Below, in pieces: positions 26,478 through 35,278 of a DNA stretch of 36,001 nucleotides (positions are counted from its first letter, which is position 1; every line of letters starts with the position of its first letter). Where the stretch lies: the NCBI GenBank assembly GCA_040752415.1, contig JBFMGU010000100.1, forward strand, positions 1-36,001, in the 5' to 3' direction. A program made the position numbers and the translations under genes. The notes beneath the pieces are model-generated. The model was not told where the DNA came from. It did not search any database and saw nothing but the letters and a program-made list of their open reading frames with translations. This stretch comes from Myxococcota bacterium. GTDB taxonomy: Bacteria; Myxococcota; JACRCW01.

Positions 26478-29400
26478 TCGGCGCGCTCATCGAGCTGTCG
26501 GCACGGCACCGCGGCTTCGTGCTGTTGGCGACGATCTTCCTGTCCGCGGCGTCGTGGTGGGCCGTGCGCACGGTGCCGTTGGACGCGGTGCCCGACCTGT
26601 CCGACCCGCAGGTGATCGTCTTCACGGAGTGGATGGGACGGAGCCCGGATCTCGTCGAGGACCAGGTCACCTACCCCATCTCCTCCGCGTTGCTGGCGGC
26701 ACCCCGCGTGACGGACGTGCGCGGCTACTCCATGTTCGGCATGAGCTTCATCTACGTGCTGTTCGAGGAGGGCACCGACGTCTACTGGGCGCGCAGTCGC
26801 GTGATGGAATACCTCTCCACGCTGCGCGGCCGACTCCCGGAAGGCGTCACGCCCACGCTGGGCCCCGACGCCACCGGCATTGGCTGGGTGTTCCAGTACG
26901 CGCTCACCGACACCACCGGCCAGCGTGACCTCAGCGACCTGCGCGCATTCCAGGACTTCTCCCTCCGCTACGCGCTGGCCTCGGTGCCGGGGGTGGCCGA
27001 GGTGGCCACCGTGGGCGGGTATGAACGGCAGTTCCAGGTCGTCGTCGACCCCAACCGGCTGCCCTCCTACGGCGTGACGCTGGCGGACGTGGCTCGCGCG
27101 GTGCGGCGCTCCAACGCCGACGTGGGCGGTCGCGTGCTGGAGATGACCGGGCGTGAGTACTTCATCCGCGGCCGCGGCTACGTGCAGGACCTGGACGACC
27201 TGCGCAACATCGTCCTGCGCACCACGGAGACCGGCACACCGCTCCTCCTGGGCGACGTGGCGGAGGTGCGCTTCGGCCCGGAGATCCGCCGCGGCGTGGC
27301 CGAGCTCAATGGCGACGGAGAAACCGTGGGTGGCGTGGTGGTGGCGCGCTACGGGGAGAACGCGCTCGCCATCATCGAGCGGGTGAAGCAGAAGATCGAG
27401 GAGCTGAAACCCTCGCTTCCGCCCGGCGTGGAGATCCAGGTGGTCTACGACCGCTCCGACCTCATCCACCGCGCCATCGACACGCTCAAGGACGCCCTGG
27501 CGGAAGAAGTGCTCGTGGTGGCGCTGGTCATCTTCCTCTTCCTGTTGCACCTGCGCTCGTCGCTGATTCCCATCATCATGCTGCCCATCGCGGTAGCCGC
27601 ATCCTTCATCCCCATGCGGCTGCTGGGCATCAGCTCCAACATCATGAGCCTCGGTGGCATCGCCATTGCCATCGGCGCCATGGTCGACGCGGCGATTGTT
27701 CTCGTCGAGAACGCGCACAAGCACCTGGAGCACATGAAGCCGGGGGAAGACCGCAATGAGGTGCTCATCCGGGCGGCGCGTGAGGTGGGACCCTCCATCT
27801 TCTTCTCGCTGCTGATCATGACGGTGGCGTTCTTCCCCATCTTCACGCTCGAAGGGCAGGCGGGCCGGTTGTTCATCCCGCTCGCGTTCACCAAGACGTC
27901 CGCCATGGGTTTCGCGGCGGTGCTCAGTGTGACGCTGGTGCCGGCGCTGATGGCTTTCTTCGTGCGTGGGCACATCCGCAGTGAGGCGGAACATCCCGTC
28001 AGCAAGCTGCTCATTGGCGTGTACAAGCCGTTCGTCTTCGTGGCGCTGCGCAACCCCAAGACCACCATTGCCATGGGCGTGTTCGCTGTGATCAGCGCGG
28101 TGCCCATTGCATTCAAGCTCGGCAGCGAGTTCATGCCTCCGCTCGACGAGGGGGACATCCTCTACATGCCCACCACGCTGCCCAACATCTCCATTGAGGA
28201 AGCCAAGAAGGAGCTGCAGCGCCAGGACCGCATCCTGCGCGACTTCCCCGAGGTGGTCAGCGTGTTCGGGAAGGTGGGACGCGCGGAGAGCGCCACGGAC
28301 CCCGCGCCGTTGTCCATGGTGGAGACGGTGGCGCGCCTCAAACCGCGCAGCGAGTGGCGCAGCGTGACGGAGACGCGCTGGTACTCGTCGTGGGCGCCGG
28401 ACTGGGCGCGGGAAAGGCTGGGGCGCGTCTGGCCGGAGACGCGGCCGGTCACGTTTGATGAGCTCACCGACCAGATGAACGAGGCCATGCGCTTCCCGGG
28501 TTGGACCAACGCGTGGACCATGCCCATCAAGGCGCGCGTGGACATGCTCACCACCGGGGTGCGGACGCCCGTCGGCGTGAAGGTGCTCGGTCCGTCGCTG
28601 GACGAGGTGGAGAAGGTGGGCGTGGCGCTGGAAGGCGTGCTGGCGCAGGTGCCCGGCACCCGCAGCGTCCTCTATGAGCGCAACCAGGGCGGCCTCTACA
28701 TCGACATCATTCCCGACCGCGCTGCCATGGCCCGTTATGGGCTCACCGTGCAGGACGTGCATGACGTCGTGGAAGCGGCCATTGGCGGTCAGCCCATCAG
28801 CACCACCGTGCAGGGGCGTTCCCGCTTCTCCATCAACGTCCGCTTCCCGCGCGACCTGCGAAACAACCTGGAGGCCATCCGCCAGGTGCTCATTCCCATT
28901 GGCGGTGGCGCCGGTGACGAGGGTGGCATGGGCATGGGCAGGACCGGCAGCGTCGAGGATTTCTCCGCGCCACGCCCGGTGATGCTGGCGCAGGCCATGA
29001 ACATGGGCACCCCCTCCAGCCCGTCCATGGGGCCTTCACCGCGACTGGACCTGTTGCCGCGCATGGACACGGGAATGCCCGTTCCGTCGGGCGGCATGGG
29101 TGGCGCGGGGGTCATGTCTTCGCCACGTGGCATGGCGGGTGCGGGGATGGGTGGAACGTCGTCAAACATGGCGGCACCAGGGCCGCAGGCTCCGGCTCCC
29201 GCGGCGGGGCAGGGCTTCGTCCCGTTGGGCCAGGTTGCCAGCGTCGACATCGTGGAAGGGCCGCCGATGATCCGCAGCGAGGCCGGTCTGCTCGCGGGCT
29301 ACGTGTACATCGACGTCGACACCTCCAAGCGCGACGTGGGCGGTTACGTGAACGACGCCAAGGCCGCGGTGGCGCGCGCGCAGTCCGAGGGAAAGCTGGG

Positions 29401-30019
29401 CATTCCGCCGGGCACGTACCTGCGCTGGACCGGTCAGTACGAGCTTATGCAGAAGATGAAGGAGCGCATGGAGATCGTGGTGCCGCTGACGCTGCTCCTG
29501 GTGCTCCTGCTGCTGGTGCTCAACTTCCGCAACGTCACCGAGGCCATCATCGTTCTGCTCAGCGTGCCGTTCTCGCTCGTGGGCAGCATCTGGATCCTCT
29601 ACCTGCTGGACTACCGCCTCTCGACCGCGGTGTGGGTCGGCGTCATCGCGCTCGTCGGGCTCGCGGCGGAGACGGGGATCGTGATGATCGTCTACCTGGA
29701 CGCGGCCTATGAGCGACGCAAGCGCGCGGGCAAGATCCGCGACCTCAACGACATCATCTGGGCGCACATGGAGGGCACGGTGCAGCGCGTGCGTCCCAAG
29801 CTTATGACGGTGGCAACCATGCTCTTTGGCCTGGTACCGCTCTTGTGGGCGCAGGGCTCCGGTGCCGACGTCATGAAGCGCATTGCCGCGCCCATGGTGG
29901 GCGGCTTGCTCAGCAGCGCGTTCCTCACGCTGGAGATCATCCCGGTGGTCTACACCTATTGGCGCCTGGCCCAGCTCCGACGGGAGAACCGCGCGGCTCA
30001 GAGCTCGTCGGCAACCTGA
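26474..30019 (+). CDS. cusA: CusA-like Cu(I)/Ag(I) RND efflux permease with Met/Gly/Pro-rich insertion
   Basis: DAVPDLSD.QVI, GPDATGIGWVFQY, NIMSLGGIAIAIGAMVDAAIV, Met-triad contexts LYMPTT / PLSMVET / VDMLTTG, and RVRPKLMT. Confidence 0.93.
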   Translation: MIGALIELSARHRGFVLLATIFLSAASWWAVRTVPLDAVPDLSDPQVIVFTEWMGRSPDLVEDQVTYPISSALLAAPRVTDVRGYSMFGMSFIYVLFEEGTDVYWARSRVMEYLSTLRGRLPEGVTPTLGPDATGIGWVFQYALTDTTGQRDLSDLRAFQDFSLRYALASVPGVAEVATVGGYERQFQVVVDPNRLPSYGVTLADVARAVRRSNADVGGRVLEMTGREYFIRGRGYVQDLDDLRNIVLRTTETGTPLLLGDVAEVRFGPEIRRGVAELNGDGETVGGVVVARYGENALAIIERVKQKIEELKPSLPPGVEIQVVYDRSDLIHRAIDTLKDALAEEVLVVALVIFLFLLHLRSSLIPIIMLPIAVAASFIPMRLLGISSNIMSLGGIAIAIGAMVDAAIVLVENAHKHLEHMKPGEDRNEVLIRAAREVGPSIFFSLLIMTVAFFPIFTLEGQAGRLFIPLAFTKTSAMGFAAVLSVTLVPALMAFFVRGHIRSEAEHPVSKLLIGVYKPFVFVALRNPKTTIAMGVFAVISAVPIAFKLGSEFMPPLDEGDILYMPTTLPNISIEEAKKELQRQDRILRDFPEVVSVFGKVGRAESATDPAPLSMVETVARLKPRSEWRSVTETRWYSSWAPDWARERLGRVWPETRPVTFDELTDQMNEAMRFPGWTNAWTMPIKARVDMLTTGVRTPVGVKVLGPSLDEVEKVGVALEGVLAQVPGTRSVLYERNQGGLYIDIIPDRAAMARYGLTVQDVHDVVEAAIGGQPISTTVQGRSRFSINVRFPRDLRNNLEAIRQVLIPIGGGAGDEGGMGMGRTGSVEDFSAPRPVMLAQAMNMGTPSSPSMGPSPRLDLLPRMDTGMPVPSGGMGGAGVMSSPRGMAGAGMGGTSSNMAAPGPQAPAPAAGQGFVPLGQVASVDIVEGPPMIRSEAGLLAGYVYIDVDTSKRDVGGYVNDAKAAVARAQSEGKLGIPPGTYLRWTGQYELMQKMKERMEIVVPLTLLLVLLLLVLNFRNVTEAIIVLLSVPFSLVGSIWILYLLDYRLSTAVWVGVIALVGLAAETGIVMIVYLDAAYERRKRAGKIRDLNDIIWAHMEGTVQRVRPKLMTVATMLFGLVPLLWAQGSGADVMKRIAAPMVGGLLSSAFLTLEIIPVVYTYWRLAQLRRENRAAQSSSAT

Positions 30020-30186
30020 CGGAGATCCAGCTCGTGGCAGTCCACCGCGACGCCGTAGCGCGGTGCCCACTCGGCGGCTTCCTCCAGGGAATTGGCGCGG
30101 AACAACACCAGCGGATACACGCTCCCGAACGACGTCGTGAAGATTCGTGGCCGCTTGTCCTCGCGCTCAAATCGCGCCGGCGTCAT
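29998..30186 (-). pseudogene. short chimeric remnant (DUF2200-like N-terminal piece joined to YciI/DGPF-like C-terminal piece)
   Basis: MTPARFEREDKRPRIFTTSFGSVYPL|VLFRANSLEEAAEWAPRY...ELDLRQV; ATGA-coupled to the upstream reductase gene. Confidence 0.45.
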
Positions 30187-30869
30187 GACTTCGGAGACCG
30201 CTTGAGCACCACGTGCATCGCCGCTTCCGACGAGGCTTGTTCCTGCACCTGGTAGCCGAGCGCGAGCAGGTCCAGCCCAGCCAGGAGGTGCTCGCCCGAG
30301 CCAAGCACCACTGGCGAGATGGCCAGATGCATCTCGTCGACGAGCCGAGCGCGAAGGTACTGCCGGATCGTTTCGACGCCGCCTCCAAGGCGGACGTCCT
30401 TTGATCCGGCGGCCTCCTTCGCGCGCCTGAGGGCCTCCTCGATGCCCTCCGTGACGAAGTGGAACGTCGTGCCGCCCTCCATCTCGATGGATTTCCGAGG
30501 ATGGTGGGTGAGGACGAAGACGGGCACGTGGTATGGCGGATTGTTCCCCCACCACCCCTTCCACGCGTCGTCGGGCCACGGGCCGCGGATGGGGCCGAAC
30601 ATGTTGCGGCCGAGGATCCATGCGCCGATGTTCTCCATGCCGCGCCGGGCGAAGTCGTCGTCGACTCCGGTAGTGCCTTCCGTCCCGCCGTCCATCCCGC
30701 GGGCCGCTGGGGCGTCCTTGAGATGCAACGACTTGAACGTGCGGGTTGGAACAAACCACTTGTGCAGGTTCTCGCCTCCGACGCCGAGCGGATTCTTGTG
30801 GTCCTGGCGCGGACCTGCGCCGTAGCCGTCGACGGAAAGCGTGAAGCACTGCACCCGTAGCTTGCTCAT
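30183..30869 (-). CDS. dihydrofolate reductase family (RibD C-terminal-like) protein
   Basis: TLSVDGYGAGP, ILGRNMF, WWGNNPPYHVPVFVLTH, GGGVETIRQYL..LVDEMHL..SPVVLGSG. Confidence 0.92.
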   Translation of the reverse strand: MSKLRVQCFTLSVDGYGAGPRQDHKNPLGVGGENLHKWFVPTRTFKSLHLKDAPAARGMDGGTEGTTGVDDDFARRGMENIGAWILGRNMFGPIRGPWPDDAWKGWWGNNPPYHVPVFVLTHHPRKSIEMEGGTTFHFVTEGIEEALRRAKEAAGSKDVRLGGGVETIRQYLRARLVDEMHLAISPVVLGSGEHLLAGLDLLALGYQVQEQASSEAAMHVVLKRSPKS

Positions 30870-30875
30870 GGCGTT

Positions 30876-30884
30876 ATCGTACCA
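30876..30884 (-). promoter_or_regulatory. extended -10 element (TGnTACGAT), near-leaderless transcript
   Basis: TGGTACGAT lies 6 nt upstream of the ATG; no Shine-Dalgarno sequence is visible. Confidence 0.4.
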
Positions 30885-30929
30885 CGGGAGGCCGCCTGAG
30901 CGGGTGAATTCGCAGCGGTTGGTCCCTCC

Positions 30930-31046
30930 TCAGTGGCCGAAATCTCCTCCGAGGAGCTTGGCCACGCGCTCGACGAAGCGCTTCGCGACGACGTCCGGCG
31001 CGCCGTAGGTCTCGAAGACCGGACGCGGTGGGATGCAAATCACGGC
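30930..31046 (-). pseudogene. 3' remnant of a phage virion-morphogenesis-like gene (copy A)
   Basis: AVICIPPRPVFETYGAPDVVAKRFVERVAKLLGGDFGH*; homologous to 32091-32219. Confidence 0.55.
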
Positions 31047-31153
31047 CGCTCGCGGAGCACAGCCTCGGTCTTGTCGTCGAGGGCAGCGAGGACCGCGTCG
31101 GGTTCTCTTCCGCGTAGTGAAGAGGCAGATGGCCGACCGCAAGATTGACGACT

Positions 31154-31669
31154 TTACGACCGTCCCGCGCTCGCGCCCAGGGCGACGAGAAGCTCTTCCA
31201 GTTGCTCGAAGGTCTCGCCCATCCCATCGTACGCCCCCATCGCAGCGTCGAGAGCTTCCTTCGAGGGATGAAGCTCGTGCAGGACGACCAGCGTCTTGCC
31301 AGCTTCTTCCTCGAAGGTCACCGTGGTGACTTGCCCAGCGTCACCGCCCTCTTCGTTGGTCCAGACGAGGCGCGAGCACGGTGTCACTTCGAGGTACCTG
31401 CCGTAGAACGCCATAGGCTCTGGCGCGTGGGCGAACACGAGACGGTACCTGCCCCCGACACGAACCTCCATCTCGCAGGAAAGCAGGGTCAGGCCTGCCG
31501 ACTTGGGTATCCACCACTGCTTGAACAGCTCGGGCTTGGTCCACGCCTCGAACACGATGCGCGCCGGGCCGTTGACGGTTCGCGTGACGACCAGCTCACG
31601 CTCGGACTTTCGTTCCACCGTCGTGCGGTTCTTCATGGGGGCGACATCACTCTCTCTTCTTGCGTCCAT
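31154..31669 (-). CDS. SRPBCC/AHSA1 family protein
   Basis: RELVVTRTVNGPARIVFEAWTKPELFKQWW...VGGRYRL...YLEVTP.SRLVWT; GGAG RBS. Confidence 0.92.
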   Translation of the reverse strand: MDARRESDVAPMKNRTTVERKSERELVVTRTVNGPARIVFEAWTKPELFKQWWIPKSAGLTLLSCEMEVRVGGRYRLVFAHAPEPMAFYGRYLEVTPCSRLVWTNEEGGDAGQVTTVTFEEEAGKTLVVLHELHPSKEALDAAMGAYDGMGETFEQLEELLVALGASAGRS

Positions 31670-32012
31670 CGACCTTCTCCTTTCGTTTGAGTTCCTCGAC
31701 AACCTTGTCCAACTCCTCGAAGCGTGCGTCCCAGACCTGGCGGTACCGCTCGATCCACGCCATCTCGTCCTCGAGCCGGCGCGACCCCAGCTTGCAGGTC
31801 CGCACGCGACCGACCTTCTCGGTGGACACGAGGCCGGCCCGTTCCAGGACGCCGACGTGCTTCTTCATGCCCGTCAGGGTCATGTGGAACCTTCCGGCGA
31901 GGTCCGTGATCGAAGCGTCTCCACGTCCGAGCTGCTCGAGGACGCCGCGCCGGGTGGCGTCCGAAAGCGCGGCGAACGAAGCATCGAGGCGGTCCTTGGC
32001 ATGCTGAACCAT
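31647..32012 (-). CDS. ArsR/SmtB family transcriptional regulator
   Basis: FAALSDATRRGVL...MTLTGMKKHVGVLERAGLV..EKVGRVR. Confidence 0.92.
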   Translation of the reverse strand: MVQHAKDRLDASFAALSDATRRGVLEQLGRGDASITDLAGRFHMTLTGMKKHVGVLERAGLVSTEKVGRVRTCKLGSRRLEDEMAWIERYRQVWDARFEELDKVVEELKRKEKVDGRKKRE

Positions 32013-32021
32013 ACGGTTCAG
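32004..32021. promoter_or_regulatory. perfect 7-4-7 palindrome over the arsR start codon (autoregulatory operator)
   Basis: CTGAACC-ATAC-GGTTCAG; a TTGCAT-N17-TAGACA promoter-like pair lies just upstream on the minus strand. Confidence 0.65.
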
Positions 32022-32090
32022 TGTCTATCGCATGGATTGGCGGAATGCAAGGGGAGGTCGCGCGCGGATCCCCGGTAACGGGGGCGGGCC

Positions 32091-32219
32091 TCAACGGCCG
32101 AACTCACCGCCGAGGAGCTTCGCCACCCGGTCTACGAACCGCCTGTCGACGACGTCCGGCGCGCCGTAGGTCTCGAAGACGGGACGCAGGAACGGACGCG
32201 GCGGGATGCGGATGACGGC
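32091..32219 (-). pseudogene. 3' remnant of a phage virion-morphogenesis-like gene (copy B)
   Basis: AVIRIPPRPFLRPVFETYGAPDVVDRRFVDRVAKLLGGEFGR*. The IPxRPFL motif is typical of HK97-gp10/Mu-gpG-like proteins. Confidence 0.6.
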
Positions 32220-32237
32220 ACGCCCGTCGAGGGGCGC

Positions 32238-32680
32238 TCACTTTCGCGCGCCTGGTGTGTGGCTGCGGTCATGAGTCCGTGGTGGCCTTCAGTTGCAGGC
32301 GGCGCGGCATTTGCTCGTCGTGCATGGGAAGAATGACCCAGGAGGAGGCGGCCCATCTCGTCGGGAAAGTGCTTCCCCACACGCCGTATCGGCAGTGGGT
32401 GGTGAGCTTCCCCTTCGAGGTCCAGCGGGCCTTGTCCTTCCGGCCGGACGTGCTGGCGCGGGTCGACGCATGGTGCTGGACCACCTGCGGCGGTTCTTGG
32501 AGAGCGCAGTGGGGGCGAGTCCGGCGGCTTGCTGGTGCGCCAGTGGCGAGCGTGGACGGGCTCAACCTGTACGCTTCAGGGGTCATGGCGGACCGCGCCC
32601 ACCTCGAGCGCACGGCGCGCTACGTGCTGCGACCGCCCTTTTGCGCTCGGACGGTTTGCCCAGCGGCCCGACGGGCTCAT
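32238..32680 (+). mobile_element. IS91-family (Y2 HUH) transposase relic 1, internally deleted and truncated
   Basis: Zn-binding FARLVCGCGHESVVAFSCRRRGICSSC...VLPHTPYRQWVVSFP, joined to DGLNLYA...DRAHLERTARYVLRPPF; the HUH segment is missing. Confidence 0.85.
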
Positions 32681-32704
32681 GATCAGAGGCGTTCCACGGG
32701 CGGT

Positions 32705-33787
32705 TCATCGAGGCTGGGGAGTCGCCGGTGTCGCCAGTGCGCCGAGGCTCAACTCCACCAACGCGGTTGCCTCCTCGGACCGGTTCGTTGGCCCACCGGC
32801 GTCCCAGAACGCCTGGAAGGTGAACGTCCGCTCCTCCGTGGCGGGATCCCGGTGCACCCGCAGTGCCACGCGGTCGGCGGCCTCGAGGGAATGGAAGCCC
32901 GTTCCGACACGGGTGCGAGGGACTGCGGTGACCAGGACCCCGTCTTCCGGGCGTGGCGCGCCGCGCAGAAAGGCACCCTCGAACCCCGGCTGCAGTACGG
33001 GGTGATCCAGCCCACCCGCCACCTCGATGACCAGCGCCGGGCGCTCTTCGCCCGCCATGGCGCCCACGCTCAGCGAGGTGCGGCTGGGATCGTTGTGCAC
33101 CGACAAGCTCTCGGTGACATCGACGGCGAACATCCCCGCCAGGTTGCCGGTGAGCCGCGCGCCCAGGCCGCAGATGTAGCCGGTGGGGAGCCAGCGGCCG
33201 TCTTCCACGGGTTCCGCCTCGACCGCGATGTCGAAGCTGCCCGTGAGCAATTCGTCATCTTCGCCCTCCAGCCTGAACTCGACGCGGCGCCAACCCGATA
33301 GTCCCGCGGGGCGGACGTTCACATCAACCTTGCTCGCGCTGACGTCATGCTCCCACCCGCCCGGTGTGCCGGTGGCGCACAGCATCGCGGAGGTCGCATG
33401 GTACCTGCAGCCTGGCGTCGTCTCGGTCGAGCGGAAGCCCTCCCGGTCCTCCCACGACGTCAACGACGACATCCCGTCAATGGAGACCGCTGCCATGGCC
33501 CCTCCCTGCGGGGACCGGCTCGCAACCCTGAACAAGAGCACGTCATTCCGGACGTCGCCGCGAGCGAAGACTTGTTCGGTGCCGATGTCCGACACACCGC
33601 CCATGCGACCCTGGATACGCGTATTGGTGATGCGGCTGGCACCCCTCCCGACCGCGTGCAGAAGCCACGCGTCCATCTGTTCGGTGTCGGACGACCGGGG
33701 ACGCGACGCATCCGTGCCGAGTCCCCCGCAGGCAACAGAAGCCAGGAGCGCGCCCAGCAGCACAGCCCCGGAAATCCACGTGCGCAT
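32705..33787 (-). CDS. hypothetical lipoprotein
   Basis: GGAGGA RBS; lipobox LLASVAC; 360-aa beta-rich ORF with no family I recognise. Confidence 0.7.
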   Translation of the reverse strand: MRTWISGAVLLGALLASVACGGLGTDASRPRSSDTEQMDAWLLHAVGRGASRITNTRIQGRMGGVSDIGTEQVFARGDVRNDVLLFRVASRSPQGGAMAAVSIDGMSSLTSWEDREGFRSTETTPGCRYHATSAMLCATGTPGGWEHDVSASKVDVNVRPAGLSGWRRVEFRLEGEDDELLTGSFDIAVEAEPVEDGRWLPTGYICGLGARLTGNLAGMFAVDVTESLSVHNDPSRTSLSVGAMAGEERPALVIEVAGGLDHPVLQPGFEGAFLRGAPRPEDGVLVTAVPRTRVGTGFHSLEAADRVALRVHRDPATEERTFTFQAFWDAGGPTNRSEEATALVELSLGALATPATPQPR

Positions 33788-33816
33788 GTTTCCTCCGACG
33801 CAGCATGAATGCTGAC

Positions 33817-33832
33817 TGCAAGCCGGATGCCC
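33817..33832 (-). promoter_or_regulatory. sigma54 (-24/-12) promoter candidate
   Basis: gGGCAtccggcTTGCA with exact spacing, about 30 nt upstream of the lipoprotein ATG. Confidence 0.55.
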
Positions 33833-34047
33833 GCAGGGCAGGGTGGCATTCGCGTGAGTTAGGGAGGGAATCGTGTGGAGACGATGTGGCCGGGGTTGGA
33901 GCCATGCGGTTGGCGGGGTGTTGTTGGTGTGGCCTTCTCGTGATGGAACAAGCCGCGAGCGGTGTCACCTCGCTCCTGCCACCCCGCGGCGCCACCCCGC
34001 GCGCAATGATGTCCTCCACACGTCTGACGGCGTGAAACGCGAGGTCC

Positions 34048-34747
34048 TCATGGTCGCCCGCCGGCGCACTGCGAGGAGAAGTCCGACTCCCGAACGCCCG
34101 TGACTCCGGCAGCAGCCAACGCGGCGAAGAGCGGAACCACGATGGCCCCGAGGCCCAGCAGCACGGCCACTTCGCAGGCGATGCCGCCCGCGCCCCAGAG
34201 GACGAGTAACAGGATCGCCAGTGTCAGCCGAGCCGGCGCGCAGCTGGTAGGCCACCAGCAAGATGGCAAGAACCCCCAGGTAGGGTGGCGCCACCGCGCC
34301 GGCGACCCAGGCTGCCACCACCACGCCACCTGCCACATCCCACGTCGCCCACGCGAGGGGAAGCCGCAACGCGGGCCAGCCCCACTTGCGGGGCCAGAGC
34401 GCGACGCGCATCAAGGGTGGCAGAAGGAGCCGCGCGAGGACGAACCCGGGCCACCCGGCGAAGAACGCCACCAGCGGAAGGCCAAAGAACCAGATCAGCG
34501 TGTCACCCATGCCGGAGTACTCATGGGTGGAGCGTGCGGACAGGTACGTCCAGACCGCAGCCCCCATCGCGCCTACGACGGCGTAGGCCAGGAAGGACGC
34601 GAGATTCATCCCCACGACGAACGCGATCACCTCCCGGGCCACCGCTGAACGCGAGGGGCGGTCGGCGTCATCCGCAGCCGCGCACGCCGCCTCAGTGGCT
34701 TGGGGCGTCGCACCCGTCAACACAGTCGCCAAGCACAACGCCAACAT
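34048..34747 (-). pseudogene. frameshifted multi-pass membrane protein
   Basis: MLALCLATVL... hydrophobic helices run to ...LLVAYQLR; the hydrophobic sequence continues in another frame (LTLAILLLVLWGAGG..., stop 34048). The shift is near 34240. Confidence 0.5.
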
Positions 34748-34842
34748 GAACAACCCCCTGACGCCCACGAGGTATGCACCCGCGCACTGCAAGCGGTGCA
34801 CCAGTTCGTGGGTGAGGGCGGCTTCGCGGGACGGAGGCATCC

Positions 34843-34898
34843 AACCCTTGGTGCTGGCACGGTTCGCCCGCGGGCCCGACGGGCTCATCACCTACCGG
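34843..34898 (+). mobile_element. IS91-family transposase relic 2 (short diverged fragment)
   Basis: PLVLARFARGPDGLITYR parallels PFALGRFAQRPDGLITY in relics 1 and 3. Confidence 0.6.
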
Positions 34899-35008
34899 AA
34901 CGGGGCTGCGCACCTGCGGGACATGTCGGCTGCGTGAGGAACCGGCGGGGCCCGCCGCGCCCACACTCCCGCTCGCAGTCCGCGCGCTTCGACGAGGCGT
35001 GAGCGCCT

Positions 35009-35270
35009 TCACTCCGCCTCGCAGATGAACGGCAGGCGGCGGTAGCACTCGGAGTCGTTCCAGGTGGCGGCGGGATAGAAGGCGTTGATGGTGGCGCAGT
35101 CCTCGCCATGTTGGTGGTTGGGCTCATTGGTGGCAGCGTTCCAGTTCCCATGGCTGCTGCTGCCCGACCCAGACGAAGTCATCCTCGTCGTTGCGATCGT
35201 TGTAGCCGATCCACCACTGCCCCGCGGCGAGCGGCCGCTCGGTGCTGCTCCGCCACGCGTTCTCGTCGGG
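35009..35270 (-). pseudogene. truncated, frameshifted C-type lectin domain
   Basis: Not in the ORF track. DENAW...QWWIGYNDRNDEDDFVWV /shift at ~35165/ GSSSHGNWNAATNEPNHQHGEDCATINAFYPAATWNDSECYRRLPFICEAE*. Confidence 0.85.
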
Positions 35271-35278
35271 GCAAGCTG

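Noticed and set aside
26399..28762. Long antisense ORFs opposite cusA and other large genes (e.g. 6123-7817, 12194-14365)
   Set aside because: Shadow ORFs expected from high GC3 codon bias; no recognisable motifs.
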